DNA of 64,000 nucleotides. Source: an uncultured Planctomycetaceae bacterium. Lineage in GTDB: Bacteria > Planctomycetota > Planctomycetia > Isosphaerales > Isosphaeraceae. Where the stretch lies: positions 608,001-672,000 of the forward strand of contig CAWIAD010000001.1 of assembly GCA_963833985.1 (NCBI GenBank), read 5' to 3'. Both the position numbers and the translations under genes were made by a program. Positions 1 through 11,340 of the stretch are shown here, piece by piece (the first letter of the stretch is position 1; each line of letters begins with the position of its first letter). Below the pieces are notes generated by a model. That model was not told where the DNA came from. It ran no database searches and saw only the letters and a program-made list of their open reading frames with translations.

Positions 1-3000
1 AGCCTACGATGAGCAGCGCGGCGAGATCGTGGCGCTCAAGACCATGCGCCGGGTTGATCCCACCGCGCTGGACCGCTTCAAGCAAGAATTCCGCGCGCTC
101 TGCGACATCACCCACCCCAACCTGATCAACCTGTACCAGCTCTTCGCCGTGGACAATCGCTGGTTCTTCACCATGGAGCTGATCGACGGCTGCGACCTTC
201 TGGCCTACGTCGGCGCCGCTCCTGTTGCTGGAGATCCTGCCCACGGCGAGACCTGCTCCGGGGTGCCATCTCCGGGCGCGAACGCCGTCGATGGCCGCAG
301 CCGGCTGCGAGCGGCGCTCTTGCAGCTTGCGGAGGGAGTGCAGGCCCTGCACTCCGCGGGCAAGCTGCACCGCGACATCAAGCCGACGAACGTGCTGGTG
401 ACGCGCGAGGGCCGCGTGGTGCTGCTTGATTTCGGCCTGCTGGCGGACCTTGAGCCCACTGGCCAGCATCACACCGTCGCGCGGCAGGTCGTCGGTACGA
501 TCGCCCACATGTCGCCCGAGCAGGCGCTCGGACGTCCCGTCTCGGCGGCCAGCGACTGGTACTCGGTCGGCGTGATCCTCTACCAGGCACTCACCGGCCG
601 GCTGCCGTTTCACGGCTCCTTCGACGAGGTGGTGTTGCTGAAGCAGACGACCGTCCCGGCAGCACCCGATGCACTGGTTGCGGGCCTTCCCGGCGACCTC
701 GTGCGGTTGTGCCAGGATCTGCTGGCACGTGATCCGGCGCGGCGACCCGGCGGAATCGAGATCCTGGAGCGTCTGCGGGGCTACTCATTGCCTCCGTCCG
801 GGGCCCTCAGCGAGCGAACCGGCGTGCCCCTGGTGGGACGGACAAGGCATCGCCAGGCGCTCGACGCCGGCTATGACCTGCTCGCGCGCCGCGAGCCGGC
901 GACCATCTTCGTGTCGGGACGGACCGGCACCGGGAAAACCACGCTCGTCCGCTCGTTCCTGGACGACCTGCGGACGCGGCAAGACACGCTCGTCCTCGCC
1001 GGCCGTTGTTACGAGCAGGAGTCGGTTCCGTTCAAGGCCGTGGACAGCCTGATTGACGCGCTGGCCCGGCATTTGAAGCAGTTCTCCGCACGCCATCTTG
1101 CCCGCTTGCTGCCCCGCGACGGCGCACTCCTGTCGCGCGTGTTCCCGGTGATTCGCGGGGTGGATGGAGTGCTTGCGGGCCGGGCCGCGACCCACGAGCT
1201 TCCCGACCCGCAGGAATTACGGATGCGCGCCTTCGCCGCGCTGCGCGAGCTGCTCGTGAAGCTAGGCGGAGAGACTCACCTGGTGCTCATGATCGACGAC
1301 CTGCAATGGGGGGACGTCGACAGTGCGGTCTTGCTGGCCGACCTGATCTACACGCCCGATCCGCCGGTCTTGCTCTTCGTGGGCAGTTTCCGGACCGAAG
1401 AGTCCGAGGAAAGCCGGTTCCTGCAAATCCTCCGTCAGGCCAGGGAGAAGAGACAGGGGCTGGTGCATCACCGCGAGCTGGCCGTCGGGGCACTCACTCA
1501 GGCGGAGTCCAGAGAGCTGGCGCTGATCCTGCTGGGCCGGGACGACGCGACGGCGCGGGCACACGCTCATATCGTGGCGCACGAGTCCGCGGGCAATCCG
1601 CTCTTCATCAATGAGCTGGTCAAGCACCTGCACGCGGGAGCGCTCTCCGACGGCTGGGACTCCTCGGCCAGCATCGAGCTGGAGACCGTGCTCTGGAAGC
1701 GAATCGAGGGTCTGCCCGATGACGCCCAGCGGCTCATGGAAGTTGTCGCGGTGGCGGGCAGGCCGATTCACGAATCGCTCGCCTTGCGGGCCGCGGAGCT
1801 GGGCATCAGCGGTCGCCAGGCACTGGGAACGCTCCGCTCGGCACGGCTCATCCGCGGCATTGGCTCGGCACAGCTCGACCAGATCGAGAGCTACCACGAC
1901 CGGGTCCGCGAGACGGTGCTTTCGCACCTGGCGCCGGCCGCCAGGCGCTGGAATCATGACCGGCTGGCCAGGGTGCTGGAAATGTCCGGGCAGGCTGACC
2001 CCGAGGTGCTCGCGGAGCATTACCGTGGCGCCGGCGATGTGCTGCGCGCTTGCGAGCTTTTCAGCCAGGCCGCGGACAAGGCCGCCTCGGCGCTGGCGTT
2101 CGACCACGCTGCCTCGCTCTATCGCTCGGCGCTGGATCTGGAATGTCAAACGCCCGCGACCCAGCGACAGCTCCGCACCAAACTGGGCGATGCTCTGGCC
2201 AACGGCGGCCGGGCGCCGAGGCGGCGGCCGTTTACTTGCAGGCCGCAGTCGGGGCACCGGTGGCCGAGGCGCTGGGGCTAAGACGGCAAGCCGCCACCCA
2301 GCTCCTGATCAGCGGCCTGGTGGACGAGGGGCTGGCCCTGTTGCGCACGCTACTCGGGCCTTTAGGGCTGAGCATGCCGGCAACCCCCCGTGCGGCCTGG
2401 CTCTCGCTGGTCGCTCATCGCGCTCGACTGCGTCTCCGCGGGTTCCGTTTCCGGAAACGAGACGAGACCCAGGTGTCGGCTCTGGACCTGACGCGCATCG
2501 ACACCTGCTGGTCGGCCGTCGCCGGACTGAGCGTCATCGATCCAATTCTGGGTGCCGACTTCCAGACCCGCGGCCTGCTGCTGGCGCTGCGGGCCGGGGA
2601 ACCGATGCGCATCTCGCGGTCGCTTGCCATGGAAGCCGCCCATCGGTCCACGGCCGGAACCCGCTCGGCCGGACGCGTCGAGGCGCTCATCGAGCGCGCC
2701 GAAGCCATGGCGCAGCCGCTCGACTCAGCGCACGCCCGCGGCATGATCCACATGGTCCGCGGCATCAGCCAACTCATGATCGGTCACTGGCAAGCCGCCC
2801 AGTCGTCACTCGACTCGGCCGGGACACTCTTCCGCAACCATTGCACGGGAGTGACCTGGGAGCGTGACACGGTACACAGCCTGGCGCTCTGGGCTATCCT
2901 GCACATGGGCCAGATTGGCGAGCTGCGCCGCCGCTGGAGCGTGCTCATCCGCGAAGCGCACGAGTGCGGCGACCTCTATGCCGCGACCACGCTCACGACC

Positions 3001-3687
3001 TTCTACCTGGCCATGATCCGGCTTGCCGACGACGATCCCCGCGACATCGCCCACGAGCTCGAGGCGGTCATGGCCCGCTGGCCCCGGCGCGGGTTCTTCA
3101 TCCAGCATTCCACGGCGGTCCGCTCGCTGGTGCACCTGGATCTCTATCGCGGAGACGGCGCGGCCGCGTGGAACCGGCTCTGCTCGGTCTGGCCCGAGTA
3201 CTCGCGTTCCATGCTGCTCCGTATCCAGCTCACGCGCATCCAGATGCTCGAGCTCCGGGCTCGCTCGGCCCTGGCGGTGGCAGAGCTGGGCAGGGACAGC
3301 GCCCGACTGCTCCAGTCAGCCGAGCGCGACGCTCGCCGGCTGGAACGCGAGGGCCAGAGCTGGGCGCTCGCACATGTGCATCATCTGCGGGCGGGGATTG
3401 CGGCGTGCCGCGAGGATGCCAGCACCGCTTTGCACCAGCTTGCCCTGGCGGCCGATCACTTCGACTCGGCCGACATGCCGCTCAGCGGATGGGTGATGCG
3501 GTACCGGATCGGCGAGATCCAGGGCGACAAGGACGGTCGCGCACTCGTCGACCAGGCCACGCTGTGGATGCAATCGCAATCCATCAAATCTCCCGAGCGG
3601 TGGGTCGCGATGGTCGCGCCGGGCTTCGGCCGGGTCGCCGGCTGCCAGCCCGACACCACCGTTCGGGGTGGCCGTCCGGCCCTCTGA
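1..3687 (+). CDS. Ser/Thr protein kinase fused to AAA/STAND-like NTPase and C-terminal helical (TPR-like) region; 5'-truncated by window, frameshift at ~2212
   Basis: Kinase motifs VALK, HRDIKPTN, DFG, GTIAHMSPEQ; Walker A GRTGTGKT; Walker B LMIDDLQWGD; GNPLFI motif. ORF 29..2281 joins ORF 2050..3687 if one G is restored in 'ccgggcgccgag' (NGGRGAEAAAVYLQAA). Confidence 0.9.
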
Positions 3688-3720
3688 TCGAAGCCCGAAA
3701 TTTGCCGAGGATCAGGCGGC

Positions 3721-5718
3721 TCAGGGCAGGCCGGATTGGACGCGTGCCTGCCGGATGCTCCGGACATACGCCTCGGGCAACTCCACGCGCTTGCCATCAC
3801 TGGTCCACCAGCGCGGTTTCTCGGTGTAGATCCAGACGTACTCGTCGGCCCATCGCAGGGCAGAGCTCAGGGCCTTCTCGAAGCGTTCGGGCGAGAAGTA
3901 ATTCGCCTCCGGCGTCTCGGTCTTCCAGCCGCGCTGGCGCCAGTCGTAGTCGAGCCAGAGTCCAAATCCCGCCGATATCAGTCGCCGGTAGGCCGACGGG
4001 TTGGCCATCTGCGGGGCGGCCGTACGGGTGATGAGCTCATGGGCTTTCTCGAAGTCCATCGCCTCACGATAACCGTATGACGCCTCGAAGCCATCAACGA
4101 TCCGTGTCTTCCCTTTCGCGGCGTCAATCATTCCATCGACGAAGGGAACCAGGAGACCATAACGTTGCATCCGGGGATGCACCACCTCGACGTCCGGAGC
4201 GGCTCGACGCGGACAAAGCCAGCTCGGGCCGAATGTGAGCATGACAGTCAAGTCAGGGAAACCGCTTTGCAGCGCCGACATGACCTCCTTGCCCCGCCGA
4301 CGAGCCTGGAGCGCATATTCCATCCAGCTCCGACGTTTCGCATCGCGCTGCTTGGAAAAATCAAACAATGGACCCTCATACTGCTCGGTATCCAGCAGAA
4401 CGCCGTCGCATCTCGCCCTCCGCGCAAGCTCAGCCGCGAGGCGGGCATTTGCAACCACCGCCCCATAGTCATCGAACCAGTCGAGATTGGCCGGAGTCAC
4501 ATTGAATCTTAGAAAATGATGATTAAAACCTTTGATACGGTCTTGATTTGCATGATTTGCTTCAGCCAGGGCCTCCTGCGCGGCCGGGAACTCCTCAGAC
4601 TTGAACTCCCGGCGTCCCCAGCCCAGCCAGGTGAGGCTTTCGACTTTCTTTGCCGGCACCGAGGTGTTGACATGGAAGACGCAGCCATCGAAGGGTGATC
4701 GACTCATGACCTCCCTGTTCCTCAACACGAACTCCAGGTCCGGTTCATCCCAGCCGAACTCGATCAGCTTGCGCGGACGGTTCGGCCCGGTCGCAACGTG
4801 GGCGGAGCGGTGGTGCTCGGGGAAATCACTCCGGTACCGCGCGAGCAGGGCGTCGACGTCGCCGGGAACGAGGTAGATCTTGCCGCGAATCGTCTTCGTC
4901 TCGCCCGGCTTCAGTCCACCGATCCGGAAATCGGAGTGCAGGCAGACGATCACCCCCTGAAACAGCTCCTGGTATGGTTCCCAGGCCGTCGCCATGATCT
5001 GCTTGCCGTCGCCGGAGAAACATCCGATCAGACCGTTTGAAGGAACCAGCGCACTGAGCGGCCTGGGGTTGACGTCGTTGCGGCTGACAAGCTCCGGACA
5101 CCAGACCTGCCCGGGCGTGTACAGGGCCTGCTGCACCCAGGGCTGCGTCGGCAGTCGCGAGAGCTTGCCGTCCATGAAGACGAAGCACTTCGGCAGGTAT
5201 GCCTCAGAGTTCGGCTCCGGCCGCACGCCCGTGAACGCGTCTACCCGGATGCAAGGCTGAGCCCACTGCGCCTGCGAATCGGTCGTGCCGGGGTTGGTGG
5301 CAGTCAGGCGAAAATCGACGGCGTCCTCCTCGGCCCGGATCTGGTGATCGACCCTCACGCCGCCGTCGAGCACGGATTGCAGGCGGATCAAGCGGCCGTC
5401 GGCGGTTGCCTCGATGAGTCGGGTGCGGTGCGGGATCACCGTGTCTTTCCAGGCGCGGCGCGTCGAGCCTGGCCGGCAGAATGCCTCCAGATAGTGCACG
5501 CGCACCGCGCCGCCGTACAGGTTCGGGGCGCGCATGGTGAGCATCTCGTTCGACCATTCCAGCCGCAGCGGTCCGATCTCCGAGGCCCGTACGCCGGGCT
5601 CGAAGACGCTCACGCAAAGCCAGAGCAGGCCGGCCAGGAAGAGGTCGCTCGCGGCCAAGGTCCACCTGCCGTGGCCCGCCGAAGACTCGGAGTGTGGCTT
5701 GTCGCTGGCCATATCCAT
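3721..5718 (-). CDS. Two-domain, probably exported hypothetical protein (C-terminal TIM-barrel-like domain)
   Basis: 665-aa ORF; hydrophobic N-terminal segment; second domain begins KLIEFGWDEPD and contains GVLLDTEQY. Confidence 0.75.
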   Translation of the reverse strand: MDMASDKPHSESSAGHGRWTLAASDLFLAGLLWLCVSVFEPGVRASEIGPLRLEWSNEMLTMRAPNLYGGAVRVHYLEAFCRPGSTRRAWKDTVIPHRTRLIEATADGRLIRLQSVLDGGVRVDHQIRAEEDAVDFRLTATNPGTTDSQAQWAQPCIRVDAFTGVRPEPNSEAYLPKCFVFMDGKLSRLPTQPWVQQALYTPGQVWCPELVSRNDVNPRPLSALVPSNGLIGCFSGDGKQIMATAWEPYQELFQGVIVCLHSDFRIGGLKPGETKTIRGKIYLVPGDVDALLARYRSDFPEHHRSAHVATGPNRPRKLIEFGWDEPDLEFVLRNREVMSRSPFDGCVFHVNTSVPAKKVESLTWLGWGRREFKSEEFPAAQEALAEANHANQDRIKGFNHHFLRFNVTPANLDWFDDYGAVVANARLAAELARRARCDGVLLDTEQYEGPLFDFSKQRDAKRRSWMEYALQARRRGKEVMSALQSGFPDLTVMLTFGPSWLCPRRAAPDVEVVHPRMQRYGLLVPFVDGMIDAAKGKTRIVDGFEASYGYREAMDFEKAHELITRTAAPQMANPSAYRRLISAGFGLWLDYDWRQRGWKTETPEANYFSPERFEKALSSALRWADEYVWIYTEKPRWWTSDGKRVELPEAYVRSIRQARVQSGLP

Positions 5719-5725
5719 GGGGGCC

Positions 5726-6115
5726 TCATTGTCTCACAGTCCAGTTGCGAAGCTGTTGCTGGATCCATCGGAACAGCGGGAAGCCGAAGAGCACGCCGGC
5801 AAAATCCGCCAGCCCGTCCTCGAACTCGCCTTCGCGATTGATGACCGGCAGGTTCTGCACGAGCTCGGTGATCGCAGCCAGCCCCGCGCCCGCCAGCATT
5901 AGCCAGATGTACGTCTTTCGGGACGGCGGTGCGAAAGCACGAAGCCAGAGGAGGGCGAAGACCGTGAAGATTCCCGCGTGCACGAACTTGTCGAGATGGA
6001 GCCTGTGCGTCAGCGAGTTCGTGTTCTCGTTCACGGGCAGATACGCCTGGGGCGTCCAGCAGAGTACCAGTATGACGACCGTCCAGATCACGGCGGGGAG
6101 CACGCGGATTCGCAT
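5726..6115 (-). CDS. VanZ-like membrane protein
   Basis: DKFVHAGIF, TELVQ, R.GEFEDGLAD motifs with about four hydrophobic segments. Confidence 0.85.
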   Translation of the reverse strand: MRIRVLPAVIWTVVILVLCWTPQAYLPVNENTNSLTHRLHLDKFVHAGIFTVFALLWLRAFAPPSRKTYIWLMLAGAGLAAITELVQNLPVINREGEFEDGLADFAGVLFGFPLFRWIQQQLRNWTVRQ

Positions 6116-6341
6116 GAGGTTCTCTCGGATTCCGTGCAGATCAGTCTCTTACGGACCGCATCGTACCATGATCGACCTGCGATTCGGAGCCGAGATCAGC
6201 CCTCTCCGCGGCAAGCCCCTGCGCTCGTGCAGGCTGATCACCGGCATCACCGCGTCCGCTCCTTCGTAGTTCAAGAGGACTGACCATACTCCTTTCCGCA
6301 TGTGCTTGGACGAGTCGGAGCGCCTGATGGAGCAACGACGA

Positions 6342-8993
6342 CTATTTCGCTCGCATCGATTCCACGAAATCGGGATCGTCCAGCTTCATCGCCGGGCCTG
6401 ACCTGCGGCGGCGCTCAAACTTCGGGTCGGTCGGATCGAAAGTCTCGTCAGGCTTGAAGACCCTGGGGTCGGCAGGAACGAATTTGAATGGTGTGAAGTC
6501 CGGCCTGGAATCAAACAGATCCGCGAGGTCCGTCGCCGTGGCGTCAAACAGGTTGTTGGGGCCGAGCTTGAACAGCCCGTAAATGGACTTGATAATGCTC
6601 ATAATCGAAGTATGTTCGTGGGACACATGCCGTCTCCTGGCCCAGGGACTGATGCAGAGCACGAACGAACGATGGCGATCGATCGAGTCGTTGTCTCCTC
6701 CCGAATCATCCTGGGTCACGAAGATCGCCATCTTCTTCCACTCCGGCTGGGCGGAAAGATAGGCTACGATGCGTCCCAGGGCCAGGTCGTTATCCGCCAT
6801 ATAGCTTGCCACGTAGGGATAGCCCGTCCTGGGGCTGGGGTCGGCCCCATGGTCGTTGCAAATCGCAATATTGACGAACTTCGGAAGCTTGCCGTCGTGG
6901 GCGGATCGGTATTTCTCCACGTCTTCCACGAACCAGTCCACGCGGGCGATGTCGGGGATATTGGTGTTGTAGGCCGGGAACTCAAAACAGGTGTGGTCGT
7001 AGAGCACTTTCGGCATCGGATAGTTGACGCGAGTGAAAGCGCCGGAGCGGGTCTCGGGTTTGTCTTCGTCGTTGTCCGGCAGCTCATAGCCTTCGCCATA
7101 ATTGCGGAACGCGACGCCTCCGCGCGCCAGGTGCTCCCAGAGCGACCCGTTCTCCAGGTAATCTTCGGGAATCTGCGATCCGTTGGAACCAAACGCGACC
7201 AGACGCCCTCTGGCGTTCTCGCTCAGCTTGAAGCCCCATCCCGAGTAGTAGACACGCGTCGTCCAGAAGCTGGGGTACACGCCGACCAGCCAGCGATGTC
7301 CGTCACCCGAGGCTTGCGGCTCCATGTAAAAGTTATCCGAGATGGCGAATTGCTCCGCGAGCCGAACGTGGTTGGGCATGATCGGCAGCCGTTGCGACTT
7401 TCCCTTCTCTCTCAGCCAACCATTGATTCCAAACTCCGCGTATTCGCCCTCGCTCGACGCGCCGGCGAGCCCACCGAAGATCCCGTCAAAGGTGTGATTC
7501 TCCTTGGTGATGAAGACCACGTACTCGATCTCCGAGGGAAAATTCCGCGGCGGATCGTTTCGGGGTCGCATCCCGTTGTTGTCCAGTATCGTGTTGAGTC
7601 CGGGGGGCACGCCCTCCAGGTCCACGACGCAGATCATCCCCGGCATGTCTTGCAGACCGGATCGCTCGTCATTTTCTTGCCGCACATGTTTGGGTCCGCG
7701 CGGACCGTATCCCAGACCTTTCTGCGTCGCAACGTAGAGCGTCCGTTGGTCGGGCGACAGCCGGCAGGCGCTCGGAAACCAGCCTGTCGGAATCCAGTTT
7801 CGAACCGCGCCGGTATCGATCTCGATCACGGCAACGGCGTTGAGTCCCGATGCGCAGACGTAGAGCGTCTTGCCATCGCGGCTCGCCGCCATTCCGGAGG
7901 GGATCACCCCGCGCAGCGTCGAGAGCGCGGGCTGCGGCGCGAGCTTCACCGTGCGGAGAAGCTCCATGGAGCTGGCGCTGAAGAACTGAACCGTGTCGTT
8001 GTTTCCATTGGAGACAAAGAGCGTCCCGCCCGAGACGCAGAGCGAGTTCGGTGAACTGCCGCCCACCGCCTTACCGCCATCCGCGGGCGCATGCAGCAGA
8101 ATCCCCGTTTTAACCTTCGCCGCGACTTTTGGCTTCAAGGGGTCCGCCACATCGATCATCCAGACCGAGTGCGCATCCACAACCGACGCGCTGCCCAGTC
8201 CCGGGACTTTGCGCCCCTGGAATTCCACCCCGGTCTCCGCTTCCCTGGAAGGGAATCCAAAGGCCGGCACCGAGAGACCGCGCGGGTTGCCTGTGCCTGT
8301 CGGAATGGGCGAGTAATCGAACAGGCCGATATTGGCGACAAACAGCCTCTTGCCATCGGCCGAGAGGGCAAGCGAGAAGGGCTCCCTGCCGGCGGGGATA
8401 TCGGCGGCCACGCGGTTCGCGGCGAGGTCGAACGTCACGATCCGCTGACGCGCGACATCCGCGCCGAAGGCGAATCGCTCATCGGGCGTCAGCACCAGGT
8501 CGTTGATGTACGCATCGTCATGGACGCGAATTTCCGCCGCTGGCTTCAAGTCGCGGACTTCAAGGCGTTCCTTCGCAGGGGTGTTCCACTCCCGCGTCTC
8601 AAAAACCTGGATGCCGTGACCGGCGTCGCCGCTGGATGTGATCAGTCTGGAGCTATCCTTCGTGAAGACTCCACAGAATGCAGGCTCTTTCCAGGGAACG
8701 CGAAACGAGAAGCTGCGCGGCCCCGACTCCATGCTGGAGCAGACGACAATCCCCGACCCGCAGAATCCGGCGATCCATTTTCCATCGGGGCTCGGCACAA
8801 CGTTCCAGAGATCGCCGTCTGTGTAGATCCGCTCACCGCGCGGAGTGAGAAGCCGTCCGTTGGGCAGGATCGTCGTCCCGCCCGGCGCGACCCTGGCAAA
8901 TTCCCGGTCCGCGGGGGTCCTGTAACTTTGCGCTTGTGAGGTGAGGGGAAAGGCGATTGCCATCGCCAGGATTCCTGGAATCAGTCGATGCAT
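6342..8993 (-). CDS. Secreted YncE-like beta-propeller / phosphoesterase (alkaline phosphatase superfamily) fusion
   Basis: Signal peptide; repeats such as DGKRLFVAN, DGKTLYVCASG, IPTGWFP; phosphoesterase motifs YVVFITKENHTFD, SDNFY, SGDGH, DNDLALGRIV, QDD. Confidence 0.9.
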   Translation of the reverse strand: MHRLIPGILAMAIAFPLTSQAQSYRTPADREFARVAPGGTTILPNGRLLTPRGERIYTDGDLWNVVPSPDGKWIAGFCGSGIVVCSSMESGPRSFSFRVPWKEPAFCGVFTKDSSRLITSSGDAGHGIQVFETREWNTPAKERLEVRDLKPAAEIRVHDDAYINDLVLTPDERFAFGADVARQRIVTFDLAANRVAADIPAGREPFSLALSADGKRLFVANIGLFDYSPIPTGTGNPRGLSVPAFGFPSREAETGVEFQGRKVPGLGSASVVDAHSVWMIDVADPLKPKVAAKVKTGILLHAPADGGKAVGGSSPNSLCVSGGTLFVSNGNNDTVQFFSASSMELLRTVKLAPQPALSTLRGVIPSGMAASRDGKTLYVCASGLNAVAVIEIDTGAVRNWIPTGWFPSACRLSPDQRTLYVATQKGLGYGPRGPKHVRQENDERSGLQDMPGMICVVDLEGVPPGLNTILDNNGMRPRNDPPRNFPSEIEYVVFITKENHTFDGIFGGLAGASSEGEYAEFGINGWLREKGKSQRLPIMPNHVRLAEQFAISDNFYMEPQASGDGHRWLVGVYPSFWTTRVYYSGWGFKLSENARGRLVAFGSNGSQIPEDYLENGSLWEHLARGGVAFRNYGEGYELPDNDEDKPETRSGAFTRVNYPMPKVLYDHTCFEFPAYNTNIPDIARVDWFVEDVEKYRSAHDGKLPKFVNIAICNDHGADPSPRTGYPYVASYMADNDLALGRIVAYLSAQPEWKKMAIFVTQDDSGGDNDSIDRHRSFVLCISPWARRRHVSHEHTSIMSIIKSIYGLFKLGPNNLFDATATDLADLFDSRPDFTPFKFVPADPRVFKPDETFDPTDPKFERRRRSGPAMKLDDPDFVESMRAK

Positions 8994-9714
8994 CTCTCGA
9001 GGTCTCCTCTTTCGGAGTGGAAGCGGGAGTGATTCTTGCGGTCAAACCATGGCGCATCCGGCATTCCAGGCAATCCGGTTTGGGACGAGCCTATTCGATT
9101 GATCTGATCCACGCAATTTGATGACGATGAAGTTTGAATGAAGAAATGCGAGTCAACTGATTCAAAACGGGATGGAAACGGTGTCACCGGGCGGTTGGCG
9201 GCTCAGGATCCACCGATCCCGGAAGAGCATGATCCGCTTCGCTCAAAGCCGGGCCCAGTGTACCCCGCTGTTCGACTCACCGGCGAGCTTCCGGCAACTT
9301 CAGTTCGGCCGCGAGGTGCTGCCATGCGTCCGGCACCCTTCGTCCGGTCCGGAGGTGATCAACTCCGGCCGCCGCCGGACGGCGCCCATCAACTGGCTGA
9401 TCCTGCCTTGCCAGCACAGCCACGAACACCCCCTCCACACACAGCGTTCAGCCCCGATTGAACGGGAGTCATCGGCCCATCGGTGCGACGGTGAAGAAGA
9501 TTTTGGTGTTTGTTGTCCTCCGGGGGAGAGTCCGGTCGTTAGGATCTCTCAGATCACAAGCCGCCCCGCTGGCGCGGATAAAGTCAACTCTCACGTCGAG
9601 CTTGGTGCCCCTGTCGCAGCATCAGGGACGCCGCGCTGCGAGCCGAGTCTGTTCACCTGATTCTCGGGAACTGCTTCCGAATGGCAACCCTCACTTATAT
9701 CCATGGAGTTATAC

Positions 9715-10833
9715 ATGAAAACGAGTCCTGCGCGGCGAGTTTTTCTGGCGGGAGCGGTCGGGTCGAACGTCGCGGCGTTGCTCGCGCCGCAATGGCTCCG
9801 GGCGCAGGCCGACACGGAGGATCCGCGGGTTGCGAAGGTCCTGGCCGGCACCATCGGCATCGACATGCACAACCATGTCACACCCGGGGGGGCAAGGCCG
9901 GAGCCCGGTCGGAAGAAGCAAGAGAAGTCAGAGTCCAGACTGGACCTGGCCGACGAGATCAAGCGCTCGGGGTTCACGGCCGTCTGCGCGGCCCTCCGCC
10001 TCGACTTCAACGCCCGCGAGCCCTATGCCACGTTCCTGCACGGGCTCAGCGCCGTCGACGGCCTGCTGGGAAGAGACCGCCTGACCCGCGCCATGAACCT
10101 GAAAGACCTCCAGGTGGCACACGAAGAGGGCCAGCCGGCCATCGTCCAGTCGATCGAAGGGGCGCACTTCCTTGAAGGGCACCTTGAACGGGTGCAAGAG
10201 GTGTACCAGCGCGGGTTACGGCACCTCCAGTTGCTGCACGATCAAGGCGATAAGCTCGAGTCGCTCGGCGACATCTACACCGAGTCGCCCCGCCTGGGCG
10301 GGCTGACCCGCTTCGGCGCGGCCGTCGTCAAGGAGTGCAACCGGCTGGGCATCGTTGTCGACCTTGCCCACGCCAGCCACGAGACGGTGCTCGGCGCGCT
10401 GAAGGTTTCCACGCAGCCCGTGATCATCTCCCACACCAGCCTCGACACGCGGGCGGGCAAGAACCCCCGGATGGCCCGCATGATGGCCCCGCGGCTGATC
10501 AGCAAGGAGAAGGCCCGCGTGGTCGCCGGCGCCGGCGGAGTGATCGGCGTGTGGACCAAGCTGTCCGACTCGATGAGCGAGTATGTCGCGGGCATCAAGG
10601 CGCTGGTGGACGCTATCGGCATCGACCACGTTGGTATGGGCACCGACAGCGACATCCTCTCCTCCCGGGTCGGCCAGTCCACCAACGCCGCCTGGCCCGG
10701 CCTGTCCGGCGGATTCTTCCAGGCGGCTGTCGCGGAGATGCTGCGACAGGGCTTCACGCCCGGCGAGATCGGCAAGATCGGCGGCGGAAACTTTTGCAGG
10801 GTTTTCGAGAAGGTCACGTCCGGTCACGCCTGA
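9715..10833 (+). CDS. Membrane dipeptidase family (peptidase M19) protein with Tat-like signal
   Basis: RRVFL twin-arginine-like motif; DMHNH, SIEGAHFL, VDLAHAS, ISHTS, GMGTDSD, GGNF motifs. Confidence 0.85.
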   Translation: MKTSPARRVFLAGAVGSNVAALLAPQWLRAQADTEDPRVAKVLAGTIGIDMHNHVTPGGARPEPGRKKQEKSESRLDLADEIKRSGFTAVCAALRLDFNAREPYATFLHGLSAVDGLLGRDRLTRAMNLKDLQVAHEEGQPAIVQSIEGAHFLEGHLERVQEVYQRGLRHLQLLHDQGDKLESLGDIYTESPRLGGLTRFGAAVVKECNRLGIVVDLAHASHETVLGALKVSTQPVIISHTSLDTRAGKNPRMARMMAPRLISKEKARVVAGAGGVIGVWTKLSDSMSEYVAGIKALVDAIGIDHVGMGTDSDILSSRVGQSTNAAWPGLSGGFFQAAVAEMLRQGFTPGEIGKIGGGNFCRVFEKVTSGHA

Positions 10834-10948
10834 GGCGCCTTGGTCCACCGCCGGGCGTTCAACCGAGGTTCTGCCAGGGCAAGGATGTCGGTTGAACCCG
10901 AGGCGTCGATCAATGGCATCGTCCCACAATGGCCACGGCGCGCCGACC

Positions 10949-11020
10949 GTAGGGTGGGTCAGCGTAGCGCAACCCACCGGCTGGCAGGGCCTTGCGTGCG
11001 CCGAACCGCACACGCCGTAC
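10949..11020. repeat. REP-like GTAG-headed palindrome with a degenerate inverted partner
   Basis: GTAG-GGTGGGT-cagcgtagcgca-ACCCACC at 10949-10978; second hairpin 10994-11020 ending in GTAC. Confidence 0.65.
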
Positions 11021-11340
11021 GACATCCTGGGACGATCCCCGATCAATCCGAGCTTGATGCAGCGGGCGCCCTCAGCGTAGACCGGTTCCAGAGCTTCCTG
11101 GAGTGCCGCGCCGATCGAAGACGGGATTCACGCGCAGCGTTCACCCGGGGCCGGCAGGGCAGAGAGAGTCCGAAGGCGGGCAGCCCTTTGCAACGCGGCA
11201 CGCTGGAACGACGATGAGGCGCACGTTGCGATGATGCAGCATCTCTCGTCCCTGTAAAAGCCTCGCTCCGCGGCCGGCCGATTTGCTATTCTCATGCCAG
11301 AAGCCCCTTAATATCGCCGAGATAGGGACGAAGATCTATC

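Noticed and set aside
8994..9702. 700-nt divergent intergenic region with short ORFs
   Set aside because: No recognisable protein motif, riboswitch or RNA gene by eye; an Rfam/BLASTX search would be needed.
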